Assembly: GCF_001194135.2 (NCBI RefSeq)
Contig: NC_068996.1
Coordinates: forward strand, 50,479,530-50,543,529
Source of the DNA: Octopus bimaculoides
Taxonomy: Eukaryota
DNA: 64,000 nucleotides
Reading direction: 5' to 3'
Shown here: piece by piece, positions 37,501-50,161 of the stretch
Layout: every line of letters starts with the position of its first letter
Numbering within the stretch: the stretch's first letter is position 1
Program-made: the position numbers and the translations under genes
Notes under the pieces: generated by a model
What the model was told of the DNA's origin: nothing
The model's input: the letters and a program-made list of their open reading frames with translations, nothing else
The model's database searches: none

Positions 37501-39376
37501 GAGTGAATTTGGTAGACGGAAACTGAAAGAAGCCTGTCGTATATATGTATATGTATGTGTTTGTCCCCCACAACATCGCTTGACAACCGATGCTGGTGTG
37601 TTTATGCCCCCGTAACTTAGCGGTTCGGCAAAAGAGACCGATAGAATAAGTACTAGGCATCTAAAGGCGGTGCTCCAGCATGGCTGCAGTCAAATGACTG
37701 AAACAAGTANNNNNNNNNNNNNNNNNNNNNNNNNNNNNNNNNNNNNNNNNNNNNNNNNNNNNNNNNNNNNNNNNNNNNNNNNNNNNNNNNNNNNNNNNNN
37801 NNNNNNNNNNNNNNNNNNAAGAGTATATCTTTAAGTGTGTGTTATCTCTACAGAGTTTCTATAGAAACTCTGTAGAGATAGCACACACACACACACATAC
37901 ACACTGAAAGTTATGTTTCATATCTGAATACATCTATATAAACAATGTAATCAGAGATAGAAAAATAGTTGATGAGTGTATATGCATATTTCAGGAGTTC
38001 TTGTCCTTTCTTCAGTACCACATCCAACCAATTAACCATCCACAAACACTGCTAAATTTGGTGGCTATTTAAGCCAGTGTGTTCATGGATTGTGAATGAG
38101 TTGGACATGGTGTTGAAGAGAGAGTAATGATTCCTGAAATATGCGTGTAAACCCATCACCTATTTTTCTATCTTTATTTGCATTGTTTACATAGACATAT
38201 TCAGATATGAAATGTCACTTTCAGTGCAGGCTCTAGTTTCTGTAGAAAAATTTGTAGAGATAACTTTAAAAAGTGACTGAATTGACAGGTGGGATACAGT
38301 ATTGACTTATGAGCCTTTAATTTAATTAGTGGTATATTATGGTTGCATAACGAAATACAGTGTCTCTACCAGAAATGTATCATCATCATCGTTTAACGTC
38401 CGCTTTCCATGCTAGCATGGGTTGGACGATTTGACTGAGGACTGGTGAAACCAGATGGCTACACCAATCTGATTTGGCAGAGTTTCTACAGCTGGATGCC
38501 CTTCCTAACGCCAACCACTCAGAGAGTGTAGTGGGTGCTTTTACGTGTCACCCGCACAAAAACGGCCACGCTCGAAATGGTGTCTTTTATGTGCCACCCG
38601 CACAAGAGCCAGTCCAGGGGCACTGGCAACGATCTCACTCAAAATCCCTACAAAGGCCAGTCAGGCNNNNNNNNNNNNNNNNNNNNNNNNNNNNNNNNNN
38701 NNNNNNNNNNNNNNNNNNNNNNNNNNNNNNNNNNNNNNNNNNNNNNNNNNNNNNNNNNNNNNNNNNNNNNNNNNNNNNNNNNNNNNNNNNNNNNNNNNNN
38801 NNNNNNNNNNNNNNNNNNNNNNNNNNNNNNNNNNNNNNNNNNNNNNNNNNNNNNNNNNNNNNNNNNNNNNNNNNNNNNNNNNNNNNNNNNNNNNNNNNNN
38901 NNNNNNNNNNNNNNNNNNNNNNNNNNNNNNNNNNNNNNNNNNNNNNNNNNNNNNNNNNNNNNNNNNNNNNNNNNNNNNNNNNNNNNNNNNNNNNNNNNNN
39001 NNNNNNNNNNNNNNNNNNNNNNNNNNNNNNNNNNNNNNNNNNNNNNNNNNNNNNNNNNNNNNNNNNNNNNNNNNNNNNNNNNNNNNNNNNNNNNNNNNNN
39101 NNNNNNNNNNNNNNNNNNNNNNNNNNNNNNNNNNNNNNNNNNNNNNNNNNNNNNNNNNNNNNNNNNNNNNNNNNNNNNNNNNNNNNNNNNNNNNNNNNNN
39201 NNNNNNNNNNNNNNNNNNNNNNNNNNNNNNNNNNNNNNTGTGTGTGTGTGTGTGTGTATATGTGTATGTATATATGTATGTATATATGTATGTATATATA
39301 GGTATATGTATGTATATATATATGTATATGTATGTGTATATGTATGTGTATATATGTATATGTATGTGTATATATG

Positions 39377-39428
<52 letters not shown>

Positions 39429-39644
39429 GAATAATAGTAAATGGAGCAAAACGCATATAATCAATAAGTTCCTTTAATTCCTACATATGTTTCAAAAATT
39501 ATGTGCACACACTTCAAAGAAGTGAGACATACTGGTATATACACATAATTTCATCGTCAGGGAAACATATTAAAAATGCAAGACTTGCGCTGAATGCTAA
39601 TGTTACGTACGAGTAATAACAGTATATATATATATATATAGTGT

Positions 39645-39675
<31 letters not shown>

Positions 39676-42600
39676 GTGTATGTATATATATGATAATGTT
39701 ACATACACACACACACACACCTATATATATATATATATTTATACAGGTGTGGCCAAAAGTTTGGAACATTTAAAAAAAATTTAAATTGTTATGCCCACGT
39801 ACAATTCAATTCAAATATATAGAACATAGAGATATTCTTACTCAATAACTGATCGCATGGTTCAATATCCTGTAATTGAACCATTGGATCAGTTATTAGG
39901 TAATCATAGCTCTGTTGTATATATTTGAATAAAGTTGTACTTGTGCATAACAATTTGAATTTTTTTTTTAAATGTTCCAAACTTTTGGCCACAAATGTTT
40001 GTATAAAAATATTCTATATGATTATTCAGTAAATTTTGTTTTGTTGAACAAAGAATCTGAATTTTCAAGACCACTTGTTTACTATCTCCCTGGGGCTCAT
40101 CAAACCAGATGAACAATGCCATGCTGGAAAGTTGCCATCCATTTTTATCCATACTAAACACGAAATGTACACATGAACATTTTTTTTTAATTACTATTGA
40201 TTTATTTTTTAAATGTTATTCAGCGATTTATCATCTGAAAGATATTGATCATTAATTGTGTCATTCCATTTAACCGATGCTTAAGCGAAAATATGCATAA
40301 GATTTGTTGAGCAGCTGGTTGGAGTAAATATATTTTATTTTAAAAAAATAATAAAATAAAACCAATTGTAATAATAAGTTTAGCTAGCAGCTCTTCATAA
40401 CATGCATTNNNNNNNNNNNNNNNNNNNNNNNNNNNNNNNNNNNNNNNNNNNNNNNNNNNNNNNNNNNNNNNNNNNNNNNNNNNNNNNNNNNNNNNNNNNN
40501 NNNNNNNNNNNNNNNNNNNNNNNNNNNNNNNNNNNNNNNNNNNNNNNNNNNNNNNNNNNNNNNNNNNNNNNNNNNNNNNNNNNNNNNNNNNNNNNNNNNN
40601 NNNNNNNNNNNNNNNNNNNNNNNNNNNNNNNNNTTGTAATAGTTATAACTTATTAGTAATTTAATTGTTTGGATTGAGTTCTTTGAGACTACTTTCTGTG
40701 AAGACTACTTAATCAGCATGCTGATGGTTTAAAAAAAAAAGTACTATACGATTAATGAAATTTAAGGACTGCATTATATTCATAAAGAAATATAAGGTTT
40801 ATATATTTATTTATCGTAATATATAGGCCCAGGAGTGGCTGTGTGGTAAGTAGCTTGCTTACCGGAACCACATGGTTCCGGGTTCAGTCCCACTACGTGG
40901 CACCTTGGGCAAGTGTCTCCTACTATAGCCTCGGGCCGACTAAAGCCTTGTGGGTGGATTTGGTAGACAGAACCTGAAAGAAGCCCGTCGCATATGTGTG
41001 TGTGTGTGTATATGTTTGTATGTCTGTACTTGTCCCTCCAACATCACTTGACAACCGATGCTGGTGTGTTCACGTCCCTGTAACTTAGCGGTTCAGCAAA
41101 AGAGATCGATAGAATAAGTACTAGGCTTCCAAAGAATAAGTCCTGGGGTTGATTTACTTGACTACAAGCGGTGCTCCAACATGGCCGCAGTCAAATGACT
41201 GAAACAAGTAAAAGAAAGTAAAAGAAAAATATCTCAAAATATTGTGAGATATTTTGGTGCCAAGTAGAGAATGACCAGGCATTTAAACTGGCCATATCTG
41301 GCCAAAATATTCTGCCTGTTGTATATTCAAACTGACCAGTTGTAGCCTCTCGCACCTACCCTACAATCTAATTCTAAAAATATACAATCACATCATTAAA
41401 ATCTTGAAGCTACCAGATAATATAGGATTGATTTTAAAAAATGTAAATAAATTGACAGAGTAATCTGAATGCTAAAGATTTAAACCTCCCATATGAGGCC
41501 CAAATATTTTAATTCTTGCATTTTCAAATCAATGAGATCTGGCCTCTCACACCTACCCTACAATGTCATTCTAAAAAAATAATTACATCATTGAAATCTC
41601 TCAGCTATGAGATAATGCATGATTAATTCAAAACAATGTGAAGAAATAAGGATTACATTTGACAGAGTAAAATGGACTTCACCTAGAAAGTTATCCTCTG
41701 ATGCACAGGTCCAGGCAAGGTTGTTTATGGAGGACCAGCAGTTGCCATGCATACCAGCCCCCTTCTCCACACCACTGATGTTATCCAAGGGAAAGGCAAA
41801 GGGGCCGATACAGCTTAGCACCAAGTAATGTCGCAACTCATTTCAACAGCTGAGTGAACTGGAGCAATGTGGAACAAAGTGTCTTGCTGAAGAACACAAC
41901 ACAGCTCGGTCCGGGAATCGAACTTACTACTTCATGATTGTTAGCCTGACGCTCTAATCACTGAGCCATGTGCCTTCACATTTGAGAGAGTATTCTCAAT
42001 GTTAACGGGTCAAAATTGCATTGCTACTCATTTAGAACAGAAGCAACAATCTCTTGATCAACAGATGCTGGAGGAGTTTTGAGGGGGATGTGCTTTTATT
42101 CTGATTCTTAGCAGTTGTTAGTCAGCTAGAAGTGCCTTCATTTGAATATCAGATATGAATCCGACGAGTCATCTAATCTGAAATCTCATCACCATTTTAC
42201 ATTTTTGTTTTCCATACCAGCATGAGTTGGAGGAGTCATTGAGGTTCAAGTCCAAGTCAGTTCTTACTTGGAGTTACTGCCCTCCTTAAACACTTTGGAA
42301 GATAACGTCTTACTCACTTGTTTTCTGGTTTCCATGGCTGAGTGTTCTTCCTAACATTAACCAGTTGACAGAATATACTGGTGGATTCAATTATGGCATC
42401 ATCACCTTAGAGGTTGTCAAGGTGCTTGATTTAGTGGTTAGAGTAATTGGCTCACAATTGTATGGTCAGGACTTCAATACCTGGTGGTGCATTGTGTCCT
42501 TGAGCAAGACGCTTTATTTCATGTTGCTCCTGTCCACTCATCTGGCAAAAATGAGTTGTACCTGTATTCCAAAGGGCCAGCCTTGTTACATTCCGTGTGT

Positions 42601-45600
42601 CACGCTAAATCTCCCTGAGAACTACATTGAGCATATTAAGTGCTCCATCACTTGCACATTAATTTCACAAGCAGGCTGTTCTGTATATGATATATATATA
42701 TATATATATATCATCATCATCATCATTTAATGTCCGCCATGGAAAAGTAGGCCCAGATTATAGATTATATTCCCTAATCTCTTGAATTTTGTTGGCCATA
42801 AACTACCCTGTCTTCATCACATAAGATTTGTACCTAGTGTTCTTGTGCACCACACATGTAATTGCACACTCTCACTTTGAGCTGTTTGGTGATGGCTCAT
42901 TGACCACAGACCTACAGGAGTTGTCATTGATGATATCCAGGATTTGCTAGATAAACTCAGTTGTCTTGATTACATCTGACTACTTTTGGCTATGCATGAC
43001 ACTTCCATGCCAGGGACCTACATCTCTTTCTCAACCCGAACACAAAAGGACTTTGACTATGTACAAGAAACTGGTGATCACTGAGTTGTAGCAGTGGGTA
43101 GCTAGACCCACTGGCACAGTGTACCTTTTTCATTTCCTGTATCAAATTTAAATCTGCCATGCTGATCCTGTTGTCAGAAAGAGAAATGAGAAGGTTAAAT
43201 ATAGGTGCATGCTGCAAAACATTACCTTTGGTTATCTTCCATTTATGCTCTGTTGAAGTTTATTCTCTAATAATGGACACACTCTGTATGTGTGAACACA
43301 CACACACACACACACGCACACGCACATATTTCTGAAAGCTTTTGATGTAAAAACATTGGGTAATATTATACATCATATCAGATTTAATGTTGTTATGAAA
43401 TTCTATATCTATCTGTCTGTCTATCTCTGTCTGTCTGTATATGTATAAGCTTTAGAAAGAGCATTTAATTTGGTTTTACTTGTGTTTTAGACAGTAATGT
43501 TGTAGGTCAAGGATACTGTTGTATGATAGACTTATATACTGGCACTCTGTCAGTTATGACAACAAGGATTCCAGTTGATCCAATCAACAGAACAGCCTGC
43601 TCATGAAATTAACATGCAAGTGGCTGAGCACTCCACAGACATGCATACTTTTAATGTAGTTATCAGGGAGATTGTGTGACACACTGAACCCCCTTTGAAT
43701 TACAGGTAGAAATCATTTTTGCCTGCTGAATGGATTTGATTAATATGACAGGTTGATAATGGGTAGTGAAATTGTAACCAGGTTTCCAAAGAAAAACATT
43801 GCCTGCATTTAGATTAATTTGAGAAAAATAATAAAAAATTTAGATGACTTTAGACAAGTAGTTTTTTTTCATTAAGTTTGTTTTTAGAACACAATTTAAC
43901 AGATCCTAGCATAACATCATGATGGAAGATTTTATTTTCAATATTTACATTTTAAACTGAGAAGATTTGGATGAAAAAAATAAATAAATAAACAATTTCA
44001 TGTGCTGAGAAATGACACTTTTAGTAATGTAATTGGAAATTCACAATAATTTTACAAATTTACATTATTTACATTATTTACATTTGACGGATATTTGTCC
44101 TCATCTTGTTTGTCAACACTACTCGAGTTTCAGGGTTATTTCCCTTCTTCAGCGTACGACAATCGCCAACCATCGAAGGTCGGCGATTGTCGTACGCTGA
44201 AGAAGGGAAATAACCCTGAAACTCAAGTAGTGTTGACAACAAACAAGATGAAGACAAATATCCGTCAAATGTAAATAATTCCTCATCTCTTAAATATAGA
44301 ACTGAATTTTACAAATTTCTTGTAAAAAGGGAGATATTTTATTTTAAGTCAAACTGGTTGATTAAGCTTTATAACATTAAGGAATATCTGNNNNNNNNNN
44401 TTTGTGTTCTGAGCTAAGAGTTATAATACTTGTGAAATATTAGGACAGCTGATAAGAGAATATTCTGTAATGAAATTCAATCCATGTAACTGGGGGAAAA
44501 AGTAAAATTTGCTGATAACATTAGCATTTTATGATTTATTATTATCTTGTCTTGACTTACTTAAGTTTGCCTTTTTAAAAAAATATTTTTGCTCTATTTC
44601 AAGAACTGATTCTTTAATCTGGATAGTAATAATTTTTAATGTGGGCACAAGGTCAAATCATTCGAGGGAGCAGTTACTTCATTGCTGTGGCAGCTCATAG
44701 ATATATATATAATGTGTTTATATTCAAGAATATAAACACATTTTTAAGCACAACACACACAGTCAAAAAGAAACACTACCCTTCACATGGCACTGTTGTT
44801 CATGCAGTGCTCTCTCTTCCTAGTTTGAAGCTTCCTATCTCGGACATGAGCATGCACACAACAGCCAAACACTGTGTTGCTGGAACTGTGAAGTGTACAG
44901 TTCTATACAAGGATTTTTGTATTTTTTTTCATAAACTAGGAGATGGCTACTGATATTAAGCTTAAGGATTATATAATGTACAAACATAAAGAAAGAATTT
45001 AAAAAAAAGGAACTCATTATATTGAATGTTATCGATAAGTATTTTAATGAATACAAAGCATCTTTCTGATGTTTTAAGGTTTCTGCCAATTCTTGTGTGT
45101 GGCAGCATTCACCTGGGGTGGATTGAACCGCCTCTGACCAGCTATATGTCTTGTAGTTCATGTTCAGAGCTTCAGTGAGAATACAAGTTTTACATTGTGG
45201 TCCCTGGTCACATGTCTACAAACTTTGGAATAGTGTGATCCATAGCAGCTCATCTTGCTGCCATGTCAGCCATCTCGGTGGGATTTGCTGACCAAGTCAC
45301 TGTCAATTATCAGAGCAGATGTAGTCTGGGTTTGAAGTGGGTCCTAGAGCTATGGGGTACCTCACTCCCAGTGGTCTTCTAGCATGCTGGACACCAACCC
45401 GGAATTCCTGAAGGTCCCTGCTATTGCTAGATTGTAGGTTCATCTGTTTTTTGACAGGTTTTGTTTTTAGTCTTGTTGGGTTTCTTGCAACCCTCCTCAT
45501 CAGACTTGCCTAGTAGGAGTGCTGGTTTAGTTGCCAATGACTCGACCATGCAACAGATAATAATTAATAGACTTGTAATTATAATGACAGAGAAAATAAG

Positions 45601-46612
45601 CTTTGAAAATATCATCTCTGAATACTGAGCACTAAATATGACATAGACAAGTCAGTTTATTAATGCAAGCATTCTTCCATTGCTGTATATTGTTTTTTAC
45701 TGATAGCTTATTATTGTCATATACTTAAGATTTTTCCCCTCTCCCTAATTTGAAAATAGATTTTGAAAGCATTTAATTCTAGAAAGAGGGATGAAAACAC
45801 TTTATTATAAATATGTATCCTTTCTCTCTCTTGTGTCTATGTGACAGAAAGACACTATGTGAAGATTTAATGCTAATTGGATAAATTTTCCACTGCTCAT
45901 GTCTGCTACATCAGCTTCTTATTCTTGGTCCATATTTGAAGAAGCATTTCATTGTGTCTGCTGGCAGGACACTGAATTTTATGATGCTAGAAATGGGTAG
46001 CACATCTTTGGAAATGTTATGTTGTAATAAGAATGGTGCCCTGTTTTATGTGTTTAGTTTGGGGCTAAACATCTACTTCATTTCTTCTTATGTTGATCCT
46101 TATCATTTGGTGTATGCCTGTAATGAGAGAGACAGTGAATGTTTTTTTTTTTTCTTAACCCTTTAGCATATCCAGTCCAAATATTCCACTTTTGCATGTT
46201 GTAACTGACCAGATCTAGCCTCTCACACCTACCCAACAATATCATTGAAATCTTGAAGCTACAAAATAAGACATGATTAACACAAAACAGTGTGGATAAA
46301 TAAGCATTACATTTGACAGTAATCTGAATGTTAAAGGTTATGAGGGTTCAACAATTTCTTACCGAAAAACCACTCAGATGATTTGTTTATAGTGATCAAA
46401 TGTTTGTGTAGACCTAAGCTCACTCCCTCCATCAAATCGGCATTACCTGTACAGGTGCAACAGGTGTCACATGTCAGAGGGCTAAATGATCGCATAGCAA
46501 TGTGAAATGGAGTGCTTTGCTCAAGAACACAATGCTAGGTCTGGGAATTGAACCCACGATCTCACAATCATGATTGCAACACCTTAACCACTAAGCCATG
46601 CGCCTTCACACA

Positions 46613-46700
<88 letters not shown>

Positions 46701-46865
46701 GGCGCAGGAGTGGCTGTGTGGTAAGTAGCTTGGTTACCAACCACATGGTTCCAGATTCAGTCCCACTGCTTGGCACCTTGGGCAAGTGTCTTCTACTATA
46801 GCCTCAGGCCGACCAAAGCCTTGTGGGTGGATTTGGTAGACAGAAACTGAAAGAAGCCTGTCGTA

Positions 46866-46929
<64 letters not shown>

Positions 46930-47442
46930 TGTGTGTTTGTCCCCCACAACATCGCTTGACAACCGATGGTGGTGTGTTTACGCCCCCGTAACTTAGCTGT
47001 GCGGCAAAAGAGACCAATAGAATAAGTACTAGGCTCACAAAAGAATAAGTACTGGGGTCGATTTGCTCGACTAAAGGAAGTGCTCTAGCATGGCTGCAGT
47101 CAAATGACTGAAACAAGTAAAAGAGTATATATAATGTGTATATATTGTGTGTGTGTTTTGAGTGTGATATGAAACGATGTGCAAAACGTACTCAATACAT
47201 ACAGCAAAGTTTATATCATAAGTTACTTATCTGAGAAAATGCTTTGATCACAGTTTCTTCATGCTTATTTTAGTAAGGTGTGCGTGACTGACTTATCTGC
47301 AATTTGTGTGAGAGTATGGTTTGATAAATGCATTTATATGTTGTAACACCATTCTTCCAACAAACTCAAACCCATGCAAGTTGCAATAAGTCAGTTAAAC
47401 CAGGGTGAAAAGAAACAACTGAAGTTAATTCAGGTTTAAACG

Positions 47443-47481
<39 letters not shown>

Positions 47482-50118
47482 GGTCTACTTGATATCTGAG
47501 TTACATTTCTTTCTATGTATATACAAATTGCCTTCAAGTGAATTTTGTGTTGTTCACATAAGTAAAGTAATAATATTTGTAGAAAAGTTGTGATAGCCAT
47601 TTTAAAAACACACACACATATTGCTATTTCCACTTTATTTTATTTTGTAAAAGTACTTTGTCTAAAAGTACTTTATGTCAAAGTCTTTCTCGTCTTTAAA
47701 TCTATAACCTTGGTCAGTGGAAAATGTATTCTTTTGTATCCAATGTGCTACAGTGGAATAACTAGAACAGCCAGGTGGTAGATATAGGCCAAAAGGCTTT
47801 GATAATAATGGCTTTGTTTATTATGGTGATGGTGTTTCATTTAGAACACATGATCTCACATTAAATCTGTTGCCAAATAAGTACAGCATTAGTGACATTT
47901 TTCCCAAATCTTGCTGACTTCAACTATTACAATCTTAATTTTATGTCATGTTGCATAGATTTCTTTCCAGCTTTGAATTATTATTATTATTATCATCATC
48001 AATAATAATAATAACAATTATCATTATTAATGATAATAATAATAACAAATATCATTATTAATGATAATAATAATAATAATTTGTTTATTGAAGTACTGAT
48101 GTAACTTTTTTCTTTTTTTTTTTCTGGTGGTTGGGTTGAATTAAATTTTTCTGCATATTTCATTTGTTGTTCCCTTCATCTTTGTTTATTAGCCTACTAA
48201 CAATTTTTCCCCCTCAGGCATATTAATCTTATCTCATAGTTTTTAACGTTTGTTTGTTTGTTTGTTCTTGTTTTGTTTCTTTAATAGATTTCTTTCAGTA
48301 GTTTTTGTTTTGTTTGTTTGTTTTATTTTTCAGGTGATTTCTTTCCAGTTTCTTTTAAAATTAGTCTTTTATTTTTGTACATTTTAGGAGTGTTTGTGAA
48401 GCTAAATATGGAGCAGCTCCCAATGTCCGTTTGAATGGCCATCTGAATGTAACATTTCCATATATAGCACCTCCGCTTGATTACATTTTAGGTGAAATTC
48501 TGAAGAATTCCATGAGGTAAGATTTTGTTTTGGTCATTTTTCTATGTGACAATATTTATCTCATGTCCCTTTTCCCCCTGTTATATAGGGTTGGACTGAT
48601 TTACAAATTTTGTACCAGCTTATGTAGCCCTCTCCCTTTCCATCATACCTCATCATTTCGTCTTGTAACCTGTATATCATTTCTCAGTGGTTTATTACAT
48701 CTCATGTTTTCTTTTGAATTATTGTTTCAGCTAGTAATTGAGATGTTCTTGCAACTCATGATTTCTGTATAATTATGTGGTTAGTGTCATTGCTGCTATG
48801 GTTGTTGTTGTTGTTGTTGTTTTTTTTTTATTTAAGCCAATTTGCTGTAATTAAATAGAGGAGTATTTTTTAAAAAAATGAAAGGTAGGTAATCATACTC
48901 CAAACTTTACTTTTAGTTTAATTATAATTCAGACCAGACTACCCATAATAAGAGTTACTTATTCAAGTTAGCTAACTCTATCTTGTCTTGCTGATACATT
49001 TACACTGATAGAGACAAATCCAATCAATTCATATGCTTAATAAGTTTAGTTGTATTTCTTACTGTATCAGTATTATATTTTACATGCAACTTTCAGTGCA
49101 GGACATCCCTGCATCAGCTGTCGGTGACAGGTCTCAGTTGTTTCAGCACTTTTCATAGTGTTGTTTGTTTCTCTGTCAGTACTGAGCAGCAGTGATCTTA
49201 CCAAAGACTGAAAATATAATCAAATACCATTAGTATTATAATGATAAAGACTTAAATTACTTGTGTCAGTCTTCTGTAAGTCATCTACAGCAGGGTTTGG
49301 GCTTAGAATTTTTGTTGAATAATGGAAACGGTGAATTGCTATGGCATACTTTTTTCATTTCTCTGTATTTGAATTTTTTGTTTCTTATTGATAAATTAAG
49401 TACTAGGTTTTTTTTTTCTCTGGTTGATTTAACTGACTACACTTCTTTACTATATATTTCTGGCCTTGTGTCAATTTAGATTTTAAAAAAAACAAAAAGG
49501 AAATCATTGTTGTTATATAATCTTTCTGGTTTATCTTTATAGAGCGACTGTGGAAAGCCACTTAGATAATTTGAATCATCTCCCTGACATTGTTGTGACC
49601 ATTTCTAATAATGATGTAGATTTTGTTATCAGGTTAGTGACTTAAATGCATACTTTTTTCTTTCTTTCTTTCTTTTTTCTTTCTTTCTTTCTTTCTTTCT
49701 TTTTTTCTTTCTTTATTTCTTTCTTTCTTTCTTTTTGCTTTCTTTCTTTCTTTCTTCAACGTATATCACACTATCAGATCATCTTTTAGTTGTTTCCTTT
49801 CTAATTGTTGCTCTTTGATTTTCAGAGTCTCTGATAGGGGAGGTGGCATTCTTCATTCCATTGTCAAGAAAGTGTTTGAATACAGTTTTACAACCAGTGG
49901 CAGTATAACAGATGACCGAGTTGATGGTGGTTTATTTGGTACTATAACTCAGTCAGATTACACTGGTCCTGCTCCAGGTTCAATGCATGGGTGAGTGCAT
50001 GTTATATTTATTATATATTTATTATAGAAAATGATAGGATGTAGAAAGCAGCAGGCTGGCAATTTTCTCAACTGTAAACAGTATGATCGACTATAGCAAA
50101 GTGGTAAGAATAAATCTA

Positions 50119-50161
<43 letters not shown>

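Noticed and set aside
45455-45510. Minus-strand CUGAUGA followed by GAAA
   Set aside because: No stem II closing onto GAAA, no palindromic stem III and no NUH in register.
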